DNA of 49,261 nucleotides from Candidatus Nezhaarchaeota archaeon WYZ-LMO8 (GTDB lineage: Archaea > Thermoproteota > Methanomethylicia > Nezhaarchaeales > WYZ-LMO8). The position numbers and the translations under genes were made by a program. The notes beneath the pieces are model-generated. The model made no database searches and was not told the DNA's origin. It saw only the letters and a program-made list of their open reading frames with translations. Position 1 is the stretch's first letter. Every line of letters begins with the position of its first letter. The stretch is from contig QNVF01000003.1 of NCBI GenBank assembly GCA_004347965.1, forward strand, positions 1 through 49,261. Direction: 5' to 3'. Positions 1-7,995 of this stretch are shown piece by piece.

Positions 1-323
1 ATGAAGTTAGGGAGTACGTTGAGGAAATATCGAGGAGAGCAGGGTATTGTTATAAGAGGATTACAGAGACTGATGGATTGAGCTCTACAAAGCCTGAAGG
101 AGGCTTCCACTTCCTGCCTAAGATAGAGAGGCTCGACAGGTTTAGAGACGATCAAGAGTTTGCTTTAGAGCTCTTGAAGGAGAAAGGAGTCTTAGTTGTC
201 CCTGGATCATTCTTTGGTCCAGTAGGAGCATCTCACTTTAGGGAAACTTTCCTCCCGCCCATGGAGGTATTGGAGGAAGCACATAATTTGATAGAGGAGT
301 TCATGAGGAGATTGGCTAAGTGA
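1..323 (+). CDS. C-terminal fragment of a class I/II PLP-dependent aminotransferase (5' end lies outside the window)
   Basis: Frame 3 is open from the window edge to the stop at 321-323. The tail ...KPEGGFHFLPKI...VLVVPGSFFG...HFRETFLPP... resembles the C-terminal small domain of Asp/Ala-type aminotransferases. Confidence 0.55.
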   Translation, partial: EVREYVEEISRRAGYCYKRITETDGLSSTKPEGGFHFLPKIERLDRFRDDQEFALELLKEKGVLVVPGSFFGPVGASHFRETFLPPMEVLEEAHNLIEEFMRRLAK

Positions 324-494
324 GAGGCTAATTTATAGCTTGACTAAGGAGCTGGTTAGGTTTCTAAGGAACTAATTACTGTGACGTGACGGTTAAGGGG
401 CATCAAGCCGATTGTAGCTTAAGACGCACTAGTCCTTGAGAGGCTTTATTAATTAATGGGTTGGATTTATAGGGATGGTAATGTCAGTTATGGC

Positions 495-1415
495 TCATGC
501 ATGGAACGTTAAGTAGAAGTCTTGCTCCTTGCTTGCAGGTCTCTTCTCAAAGCCTGGTACTCCATAAGCATCTGCCCTGCATTGCTTGCATAGCCTGAAC
601 TGCTTTATGTACTTTGATGCTTCCTCCCTTACTCTATTAAGTTCCTCACAGGTTGGCGGTCTATGATCTCTAAAGGAGTGGAGGGGGATTAGGGGGATTA
701 TGTTTTGAATAAAAGCTCCTAGTTCAGCTGCTTTTTTAGCTACTTCCACAGCTTCTCCCTCATTGAGTCCAGGTATAAGCACGGTGTTGACCTTAACTAC
801 AAGACCTTCATTAGTAGCAGCTTTTAGGCCTTTAAGTTGTCTTTCTATTAGTATTTTCGATGCTTCAAGACCCCTTATAATCTCGCCATTTAGTATCACG
901 AACTCGTAGATTTTGGATGCTACTTCGGGATTTAGGGCGTTAATGGTTACCGTGATGGCCCTTACTCCGAGACTCTTAAGGACGGGAACCTTCTCCTGTA
1001 GGAGGAGACCGTTTGTTGCAACACATTTTATGAGGTTTGGATGTCTCTCGTTTATCAACTTAAAGGTCTCGAAGGTCTCGTCATTAAATAGTGGTTCACC
1101 CGGTCCAGCGACTGCTACTACCGTTAGCTTCTCATCTCTCTTAACGAGTTCATCAACTAGCTTAGCAGCTTCTTCGGGCTTCATTATAGTGCAGGTGACT
1201 CCAGGTCTATACTCGCACTTGTCTATACCTCTTTTACAATAACCACATTGAATATTGCACCTGGGAGCTACTGGAAGGTGTATACGTGAGTATTGAAAGT
1301 GAGCTTTAGGGTTAAAGCATGGATGACACGCAAGCCAGTGAGAGAACTTACTTCCCTGAGCTTTGTCTCTAAGCTCTTCAATTCGCTTCGTTATCCCTTT
1401 AACTTCCTCGCTCAT
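495..1415 (-). CDS. NifB-family radical SAM protein (SAM domain only, no NifX-like extension)
   Basis: HPCFNPKAHFQYSRIHLPVAPRCNIQCGYCKR is a NifB-type N-terminal motif that includes the CX3CX2C radical SAM cluster. The C-terminal CKQCRADAYG matches the NifB CxxCRADA.G motif. There is a 4-nt overlap with the upstream ORF. Confidence 0.75.
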   Translation of the reverse strand: MSEEVKGITKRIEELRDKAQGSKFSHWLACHPCFNPKAHFQYSRIHLPVAPRCNIQCGYCKRGIDKCEYRPGVTCTIMKPEEAAKLVDELVKRDEKLTVVAVAGPGEPLFNDETFETFKLINERHPNLIKCVATNGLLLQEKVPVLKSLGVRAITVTINALNPEVASKIYEFVILNGEIIRGLEASKILIERQLKGLKAATNEGLVVKVNTVLIPGLNEGEAVEVAKKAAELGAFIQNIIPLIPLHSFRDHRPPTCEELNRVREEASKYIKQFRLCKQCRADAYGVPGFEKRPASKEQDFYLTFHA

Positions 1416-2122
1416 CTTATACCCCTCTTAGCTAAGTAGGAGACAACATCTGATCCCCAGTACTGCTCAAAGTGTCTTAGCTTCTCATCTAACGGTAGTG
1501 CCCTCAAATTATCTAGATGCTCTTCAATCCTCAGGATGAGGGCCTCTCTCAACAATACAGCATTCATGCTCTCTGATATGAGGGATCTTGGTAAATCATG
1601 GTACGATCCTAACACCTTGACCTTGAAAATGGAGGGTATGCACGACATATCCATACCGGGCTCCCAATCTCTCTTCCATAGCGGATGTGAAAGTTGAGAG
1701 TCTATTGTAGCATCACAGCCAAGCCACCTGCCCTCTAAGTACACCTCAGTTAAGGTGTGAAGCACCGTCTTTGGAAGAAGATCGTAAACTTCCTGAGGAA
1801 GGTATGGTTTGAGAGCTTTCGTTGAGACTTCTTCAAGTCTATATCTTGCCGGTATGTCTAAGGCTCTTAGTAGAGCTATTTGAAGACTAGCCTTATTGAA
1901 GCATGCGCCCTTCCTGCTCCTCAAGACCTCAATAGCAGGTTTAATTCTGTCTATGGTCCACTTAATCTCGTCCCTCACGAATAGGTATATGTTCTTGACT
2001 GTTTGCTCAATCGATGAGCTACTTAGTCTCTTCGCACACCTTATTATTTCAGGGTTATCTGATTGAACTAGAAGTGTTGGCGCTAAGTACGTAGTCTCCA
2101 CGTTTAACCACCACGATTTCAA
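1412..2122 (-). CDS. transglutaminase-like cysteine protease superfamily protein
   Basis: RKGACFNKASLQIALLRALDIPARY carries the catalytic Cys followed by a GIPAR-like helix. HTLTEVYLEGRWLGCDAT carries the His and Asp. Together they give the classic transglutaminase-core Cys-His-Asp spacing. Confidence 0.65.
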   Translation of the reverse strand: MKSWWLNVETTYLAPTLLVQSDNPEIIRCAKRLSSSSIEQTVKNIYLFVRDEIKWTIDRIKPAIEVLRSRKGACFNKASLQIALLRALDIPARYRLEEVSTKALKPYLPQEVYDLLPKTVLHTLTEVYLEGRWLGCDATIDSQLSHPLWKRDWEPGMDMSCIPSIFKVKVLGSYHDLPRSLISESMNAVLLREALILRIEEHLDNLRALPLDEKLRHFEQYWGSDVVSYLAKRGIR

Positions 2123-2231
2123 AGGTTTAGCTTAACCTCTTAATAAGTTGGATGCACTAAATCAAGCTTAAGAAACCATATCTTCACGTGTTTAACGAAT
2201 ACATCCTATTGACGAGTTTCTTCTTAAGCCT

Positions 2232-3482
2232 TCAAGTTGCTGGCAGTATGTGACCACGAACTGTTTGACAAATAACAACTTTAAGTCCTGAGTCTTCTAA
2301 GATCTTCTTCACCTTAAGCATTTCCTCGAAGCTCGGTCTCCTAAGATGACGAGCTCTAAACTCTGGTCTATAATCCAACGCGCATACTTGTAGATTAGGT
2401 TCTATACTAGCGAGTCTAGATCCTATTTCATAAAGTTCCTCAAAGCTCATAAAAACCCTGTTGTATGGTATGCCAACCCCAATAAAGACCTTCCCCCAGT
2501 ACTTATCGACCACGTACTTCACGGTGTTCCACTCGTTCTCTAGCATTTTCTTAGCTAGCTCTCTATCCCTTATCCCGGTTATCCTCATGAATGTCTCGAG
2601 CCTCAAGCCCTTAACGTCCACTCCTATATCAGTCATTCCAGCCTCCACGAGCTCATCTATGTAGTCCGGTGTAAGTACGACAGCGTTCGTATCTATGTGT
2701 ATGCGTGCTCTCTCATCTACATTGAGTGTTTTAAGTGATCTTACGAACTCCACAAGCCACCGTCTATTGAGAGTTGGCTCACCACCGCTTATAGCCATCC
2801 TGTCTACGTTGTAGAGTCTACGAGTCTCAGTTAATAGATAAGCAGCTTGGAAAGGCGTTAGCGGATCCTCATTAGAGCTGTAAGTTATCTCCCAATTCTG
2901 ACAAGATGGACACCTCAATATGCATCCATGAGCAAAGCAAGCCACCTCTATGTACCTGTAGAAAGGCTCCTTCGGTTTGAGCCAATAAGGTGTTCCAACA
3001 CCTCCGACAGGATGCCCCTGAAAACTTGAGACTAGACGTAGCGGGGTCCTCTTGACGACTTCATCAGCTCTGGTCACGATCTCCATGCCTTCTCGTGCTG
3101 GAGTTATGCATGAGGGTTTAAGGGAGCCATTTACCAAGACAGCGCATGACCAACATCCACCTGTCATGCATGGAGTACATATGTCTCCACCTCCTGGTAG
3201 TCTTGAGATCTTAAAATCTATAAGTTCGAGTGCTTTGAGTACTGTAAATCCACGAGGTACTTGATGTTTTTCACCGTTAATCCTCAAGGTTATGTAGCGA
3301 TCTGGCACCTCAACCTTTAGTAATACCTTAGCTTCATAGGGGCAAGCATCTACACAGCTTCCACATCCATGACAATCCTCTTCTCCAGGACAATTAACGT
3401 AATAAGTGCAAAAGCCACATTTAACGCACCTTTCACGTAGGGTTTTAGCTTTAAGTAGCTTCACGAAGAATACGCTTAGCAC
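2232..3482 (-). CDS. multidomain radical SAM enzyme (N-terminal 4Fe-4S ferredoxin motif, 2Fe-2S-like domain, PflA/activase-like radical SAM core)
   Basis: CVKCGFC...CHGCGSCVDACP is a ferredoxin motif. CTPCMTGGCWSCAVLVNG is a 2Fe-2S-type Cys cluster. HGCILRCPSCQNWE (CX3CX2C) and ISGGEPTLN (SAM-binding GGEP) mark the radical SAM core. GTG start. Confidence 0.7.
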   Translation of the reverse strand: MLSVFFVKLLKAKTLRERCVKCGFCTYYVNCPGEEDCHGCGSCVDACPYEAKVLLKVEVPDRYITLRINGEKHQVPRGFTVLKALELIDFKISRLPGGGDICTPCMTGGCWSCAVLVNGSLKPSCITPAREGMEIVTRADEVVKRTPLRLVSSFQGHPVGGVGTPYWLKPKEPFYRYIEVACFAHGCILRCPSCQNWEITYSSNEDPLTPFQAAYLLTETRRLYNVDRMAISGGEPTLNRRWLVEFVRSLKTLNVDERARIHIDTNAVVLTPDYIDELVEAGMTDIGVDVKGLRLETFMRITGIRDRELAKKMLENEWNTVKYVVDKYWGKVFIGVGIPYNRVFMSFEELYEIGSRLASIEPNLQVCALDYRPEFRARHLRRPSFEEMLKVKKILEDSGLKVVICQTVRGHILPAT

Positions 3483-3714
3483 AGGTATATAAGTCCCTAA
3501 CTGATGGCAATTTCGTTAATCACAAGTATTCAGATGAGGATATGCTTTCAAGACATTTACGTAGCACTACTTCATGGCTAGGTTCGCATGGTTGAAATTA
3601 CAATCCTTCTCTAGCTTTTGCAATCTTTAAGGAATCCTCTTAAACTATGATGTATGAGGACTTGAGGGAAGTGAGGAAAAGTATAGATAGTTACAAGAAA
3701 TAAATCACTATAGG

Positions 3715-4173
3715 ATGGCTTCTATGTCTCCACGTCAGAAAGTCATAGTCAAATATCTAAGTAAAAGATCTAGTGAAATAAGGAGATTAGAGTTTCCTAA
3801 TCAAGCAATAGAGTACATCATAAGCACTGCCGGAAGATGGATCAACGTAGTTGCTAATGAAAGTATCGAAGTTAAGGCTGGACAACCAGTAGTAGTAAAG
3901 ATAGATCCTATTCACCTGAATCCAAAGGAGATAACGCTTACATGTCCCGTTTCGAGACATGCTCTTGGAATGTTACTAGGACTTTATGGATCTGAGGGTA
4001 AGCCGCAGCCCATTGAAGATAGCAGAGTTTACGATAAAGCTATTTTCCTTGCGATTAGAGACGGAGTAATTGAGGATGGTGATATGCTAGGGATCATAAA
4101 TGCAGTTGTAGTGTATGCTGTCTTAGAAAAACAAATCATCAGAGTTGATCACTTCGGATCTGTTATTTGCTGA
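3715..4173 (+). CDS. conserved hypothetical protein, paralog A of a two-member family in this window (possible single-hybrid/biotin-lipoyl-like fold)
   Basis: The 152-aa ORF aligns by eye with ORF 23825..24265: EY(I/L)IST..RW, P(I)(H/R)L.P.E, CPV, LG.L, FLA(I/F)RDG.I(E/L)(D/E)GD(M/L)LG(I/V). The tail resembles the hybrid-motif pattern V..GD.L..I. Confidence 0.5.
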   Translation: MASMSPRQKVIVKYLSKRSSEIRRLEFPNQAIEYIISTAGRWINVVANESIEVKAGQPVVVKIDPIHLNPKEITLTCPVSRHALGMLLGLYGSEGKPQPIEDSRVYDKAIFLAIRDGVIEDGDMLGIINAVVVYAVLEKQIIRVDHFGSVIC

Positions 4174-4176
4174 TCT

Positions 4177-5625
4177 TCACGCTAAGTCTTTAGCTACGTA
4201 AGGACCTAACCTTCTATACCCTAAAGAGTAGAAGTACGGCCTTGAACCTACGCCACTTATGACTACGATCCTCCTAGCTTCAAGTTCATCTCTCGCTATT
4301 CTCTCTACTTCACTAATTAATTTTTTTCCTAAGCCCCGATGCTGCCATGCATCCTCATCTTCGCAGCCAATGGGTACTTGAGGACCATAAACATGAAGTT
4401 CTCGAAGTAATACTGTAGGCTTCTCTACGATCTCAGGTCTCCAAGGGTTTGAGGGGAACCTTAATCTTGCATAGCCAGCTATTAGGTCGTAGCTCTCATC
4501 TTCTAGAGATATGAAGTACTCTAAACCTTGTGAGGCCTCGTATGCCCTCACACAAATTTTAAGGTCTAAGTCTTGAGGCCATATTCCTTGCTTCAGTTTT
4601 GCAAAGCCAACTTCTCTACACCTAATGCATCTGCACTTTAGCCCTAAGTCCTCCATCTTCTTCTGAACAACCTCCCTCAAGTTATTTGATTTAACTCCTG
4701 CAACAACACAATTACTTGGTATTGCTCTTTGAATCCTTATCACTCTAATCCATGGAGGTATGAGGGGCTTTGCCTCCAATAAGAACTCTATAGCCTTCGA
4801 GTCATCCATCTCTTTATACTCGCCCTTAAGCCACAACTCGTAGAGCTCCGTTCCTGGTAGGACCAGTGTTGGATATATCTTTATCATGTCTGGCCTAAAA
4901 TCAGGGTTTTCAAATAACTCCCTGAACCCTTCCAGGTCTCTATTGAGGTCTACTCCGGGCAGGCCAGGCATGTAATGATAAACGACCTTAAAGCCAGCAT
5001 CCTTAAGGGTCTTTGTCGCTTCTATCGTGTCCTTAACTTTATGGCCTCTTTTCACTCTCTCTAAAACATCGTCGTACACTGTCTGTACTCCGACTTCAAC
5101 TCTAGTCACTCCAAGCTTTAGTAGGAAGTCCACTATCTCTCTGCTTGCATAGTCAGGTCTCGTTTCAATTGTTAACCCAACACATCTGCTGTAAGCTTTC
5201 TCATTTACTTGATGTGCATCCTCAATATCTTTGGACTCGTAAATCGCATTAGGGAAGGAGTTGAGAGCATCAAAACACCTCTTAACAAACCACTCTTGAT
5301 AGCTTCTTGGCAGTGCTGGGAATGTCCCCCCAATGATTATGAGCTCAACCTTTGAGGGCTCATGGCCCATAGCTTTGTACGCTTTAAGTCTCGACGTGAC
5401 TTGAAGATAGGGATCATAATTTAATCTTTGAGCTCTAAGCGCTACAGGGCTTAAGTCGACGTAACTTTGAGGAGTGAGACCAGAGCCTTTGGGACAGTAA
5501 ATGCATCTTCCATGAGGGCACGGGAAATACCTGGTCATCACAGTTACGACTACTACCCCTGAGATTGACCTTACTGGCTTCTTAGTCTTGGCTTTGAGCG
5601 ATCGTTGAAGCTGCATAGTCCTCAC
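4177..5625 (-). CDS. elp3: Elp3-type tRNA wobble-uridine modification radical SAM / GNAT acetyltransferase
   Basis: N-terminal CPHGRCIYCP radical SAM motif, central TIM-barrel region, and a C-terminal GNAT motif WQHRGLGKKLISEVERIA. The 482-aa length is typical of archaeal Elp3. Confidence 0.85.
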   Translation of the reverse strand: MRTMQLQRSLKAKTKKPVRSISGVVVVTVMTRYFPCPHGRCIYCPKGSGLTPQSYVDLSPVALRAQRLNYDPYLQVTSRLKAYKAMGHEPSKVELIIIGGTFPALPRSYQEWFVKRCFDALNSFPNAIYESKDIEDAHQVNEKAYSRCVGLTIETRPDYASREIVDFLLKLGVTRVEVGVQTVYDDVLERVKRGHKVKDTIEATKTLKDAGFKVVYHYMPGLPGVDLNRDLEGFRELFENPDFRPDMIKIYPTLVLPGTELYELWLKGEYKEMDDSKAIEFLLEAKPLIPPWIRVIRIQRAIPSNCVVAGVKSNNLREVVQKKMEDLGLKCRCIRCREVGFAKLKQGIWPQDLDLKICVRAYEASQGLEYFISLEDESYDLIAGYARLRFPSNPWRPEIVEKPTVLLRELHVYGPQVPIGCEDEDAWQHRGLGKKLISEVERIARDELEARRIVVISGVGSRPYFYSLGYRRLGPYVAKDLA

Positions 5626-6798
5626 TAGCTTCAGAACACCCTACTCATTGATGCCCTAATAAACTCTAACTTTGCTAACACCATGTGAGGTTCATGCTAT
5701 GATGGAGGTCACAGACACTCATGCACATGCAGGTCTGCCTGGAGAACTAGATTTCATAGAGATCTCTAAGAGATTTATAGGCCTAGCTGAGGCCATAGTC
5801 TTTGTTCCACGCCTCCATGGCATTACTCAATATCTAACTTCGCCTGGAAGTTATTCTCATGTCACGATATCGTAGTGAGAAGTGTCGAGAGAGCTTAGTC
5901 GTATTAAGCGCTAGCCATGATGGAGGTTCATCCAGCAGAGGTTGTGAGGTTAGTTAAAGTCTTCGGAATTGAGAAGGACCTAACATAATTGAGGAAGCTA
6001 TGAAAAGAGTTGCCTACTATGTTGCTGAAGAGCTTGTAGTGGTCTTAGGGAAGTGAGTAGATCTCACTACAGCATCTCTAAACCGACAGTTAAAGCTTGT
6101 AACTTAATATTCCAGATTTCGCTTGAGCTTGCTAAGGATTTAGATTGCCCAATACATCTATTATACCTGGAGGAGAAACGAAGCACGATTAAAGACGTTC
6201 TTGAGAGAGTCCGCAAGGTGGGTTGAAGTCCCATCGAGTCATAATTCATTATGCTAAGCTAGGAATTGCAAGAAGAAATGATGGCTTAATATCATCCACA
6301 CCTCATAGAAACTAGAACTTAAGAGAAGCTTTACTAAGGAGGTTACGTTCTTAGTTAAAAAAGATTTCATAAATGATCCTAGCAGACTTGGGTTGTATCT
6401 TATCCATAAGCCATAGCTGCAGAGATATCAGAGCTGTTGGATAACAATCTCGTGAATGAAGATAAAGTAAAAAGGGGTCTTCATAGACTATTTCGAGGAA
6501 GTTTATGACGTAAGGCTTCGTTGAGAACTCATGTCGATGACTAGTTCTCAGCTGAAATATTCAACGATTTAAATGGGTAAAGCATAGCAGCATCTTTAAC
6601 TCAGCGAATAAAATTTTACGTAAAAAGATGGAGCATAATTGGAGCTGCTATTGCGTAGTAATAATCATCGAAGGTGGTGTATAAGGTACTTTGCTAAGCA
6701 GCGTGAAGACTATCTTTATATTACTAACTTATCAATGTACTGATAGGAGAGAGGTCTTTGAGAGCTTGTTCTCGTTCATCACTTGAGGTTGATACGCA

Positions 6799-7995
6799 TT
6801 GTTAATAGCTCACTTAAGCGATAATCATCTAGGTTATAGACAGTACGGGCTTCTTGAAAGAGAGAAGGATTTGTACTCTTGCTTTGAAGAGGCCATAGCT
6901 AAAGCTCTTGAAGAGCACGTCGACATGGTCATCCACTCAGGAGACTTATTTCACTCTCCCAATCCGCCGCCTCAAGCTTATAGATCAGTTTTAAGAGCCT
7001 TGAAGAAGCTTAAGCAGCGAGGTATACCCTTCCTCTACGTAATGGGTCAGCACGATAGACCTAAGACTCAAGCACTAGCTCCTGCATTGATTCTTGAGGA
7101 CATGGACCTATTAATTCACGTATCAGAGAAGCCCTACGTTACTGGAGATTATGGCGTTATTGGATTGGACTATGCGAGGAAGCAAGTCTTAAAGGAGAAG
7201 CTAGATTCGCTAAAGTCTCTAGCAAAGAAAAGCATACTTCTCGTGCACGTTCTTCTTAAGGAAATCTCGCCTTTAGGCGATATATCGATCCGGGAGCTTC
7301 CAAAAGGCTTTATGTACTATGCGTTAGGCGATTACCACATATTTAAGATTTTTAATGTACATGGCTCCGTGGCTGCATACCCTGGATCTAGCGAAGTTAT
7401 ATCATTGAACGACTTGACTAATGTAGGGAAGGGGTTTTGCTTCGTTGATCTTTCCGGAGATGAAGCTAAAGTACAGTTTCAGAAGCTCGAAAATGTGAGG
7501 CCTAGAATCGTCGCTGAAGTGGAGTTCAATGATATTAAGAACTTCGTGACTAAGGTGCTCTCTCAAGCTACCACAATGAAGTTGAAGCCGCTTATTCACG
7601 TAACAGTTAGGGGTGTTGGCATTAAGAGGAGAGATCTAGACAAGGTGAAGGAGGAGCTATCTAAAATTAGCTTAAGAGTCTTCGTATCAGTTGAAGAGGA
7701 GATCGTTGAATTACCCTCAGTAGCTGGGGCTTCACTTGGTGGAATTGAAGAAATTATACGTGCATTGTTCCCGAAGGGAGGTGATGTGATCGTAGAGCTT
7801 TATAAAGCTTTCAAGCTTGGAGCTCTCCACAGTGAGCTTGAAAGGTTACTGAGGACTGAAGAGTGGATGAAGCTCCTTCCTCAACAATATAAAGCAGAAA
7901 CGTTATCTAAATCTTCGAAACCAGTCCATTCTTCGACTAAAGCTAAGGACTCAACAATTTTGGAGTGGCTTAAACATGATGGTGGAGAAGCTTGA
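6799..7995 (+). CDS. mre11: Mre11 double-strand-break repair nuclease
   Basis: Calcineurin-like phosphoesterase motifs LSDNHLG, HSGDLFH and GQHD. TTG start preceded by GAGGT. The gene overlaps and precedes rad50. Confidence 0.85.
   Translation: MLIAHLSDNHLGYRQYGLLEREKDLYSCFEEAIAKALEEHVDMVIHSGDLFHSPNPPPQAYRSVLRALKKLKQRGIPFLYVMGQHDRPKTQALAPALILEDMDLLIHVSEKPYVTGDYGVIGLDYARKQVLKEKLDSLKSLAKKSILLVHVLLKEISPLGDISIRELPKGFMYYALGDYHIFKIFNVHGSVAAYPGSSEVISLNDLTNVGKGFCFVDLSGDEAKVQFQKLENVRPRIVAEVEFNDIKNFVTKVLSQATTMKLKPLIHVTVRGVGIKRRDLDKVKEELSKISLRVFVSVEEEIVELPSVAGASLGGIEEIIRALFPKGGDVIVELYKAFKLGALHSELERLLRTEEWMKLLPQQYKAETLSKSSKPVHSSTKAKDSTILEWLKHDGGEA

Noticed and set aside
495-1415. Interpreting the NifB-family gene as evidence for nitrogen fixation
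   Set aside because: No nifH/D/K/E/N genes are present in the window and the gene context is unrelated. NifB-like proteins occur outside nif clusters, so diazotrophy cannot be inferred.
913-3264. Plus-strand ORFs 913-1242, 2461-2664 and 3052-3264 inside the radical SAM genes
   Set aside because: They are antisense to ORFs with clear radical SAM/NifB motifs and are Ser/Thr/Leu-rich.
5672-5875. 67-aa ORF (TTG start) in the elp3-mre11 spacer, and the 60-aa ORF at 6067-6249
   Set aside because: They are short and have no motif, no convincing ribosome-binding site and atypical composition. They are kept only as part of the gene-poor region finding.
6524-6560. Candidate C/D-box sRNA (GATGA ... 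CTGA) around the GAGAACT/AGTTCTC inverted repeat. Other ATGATG-containing spots lie at ~3643, ~5696, ~5914 and ~6270.
   Set aside because: The boxes deviate from the RUGAUGA consensus. The spacing is too short or a matching D box is missing, and there is no terminal stem or C'/D' pair. This is not supportable without a covariance-model scan.
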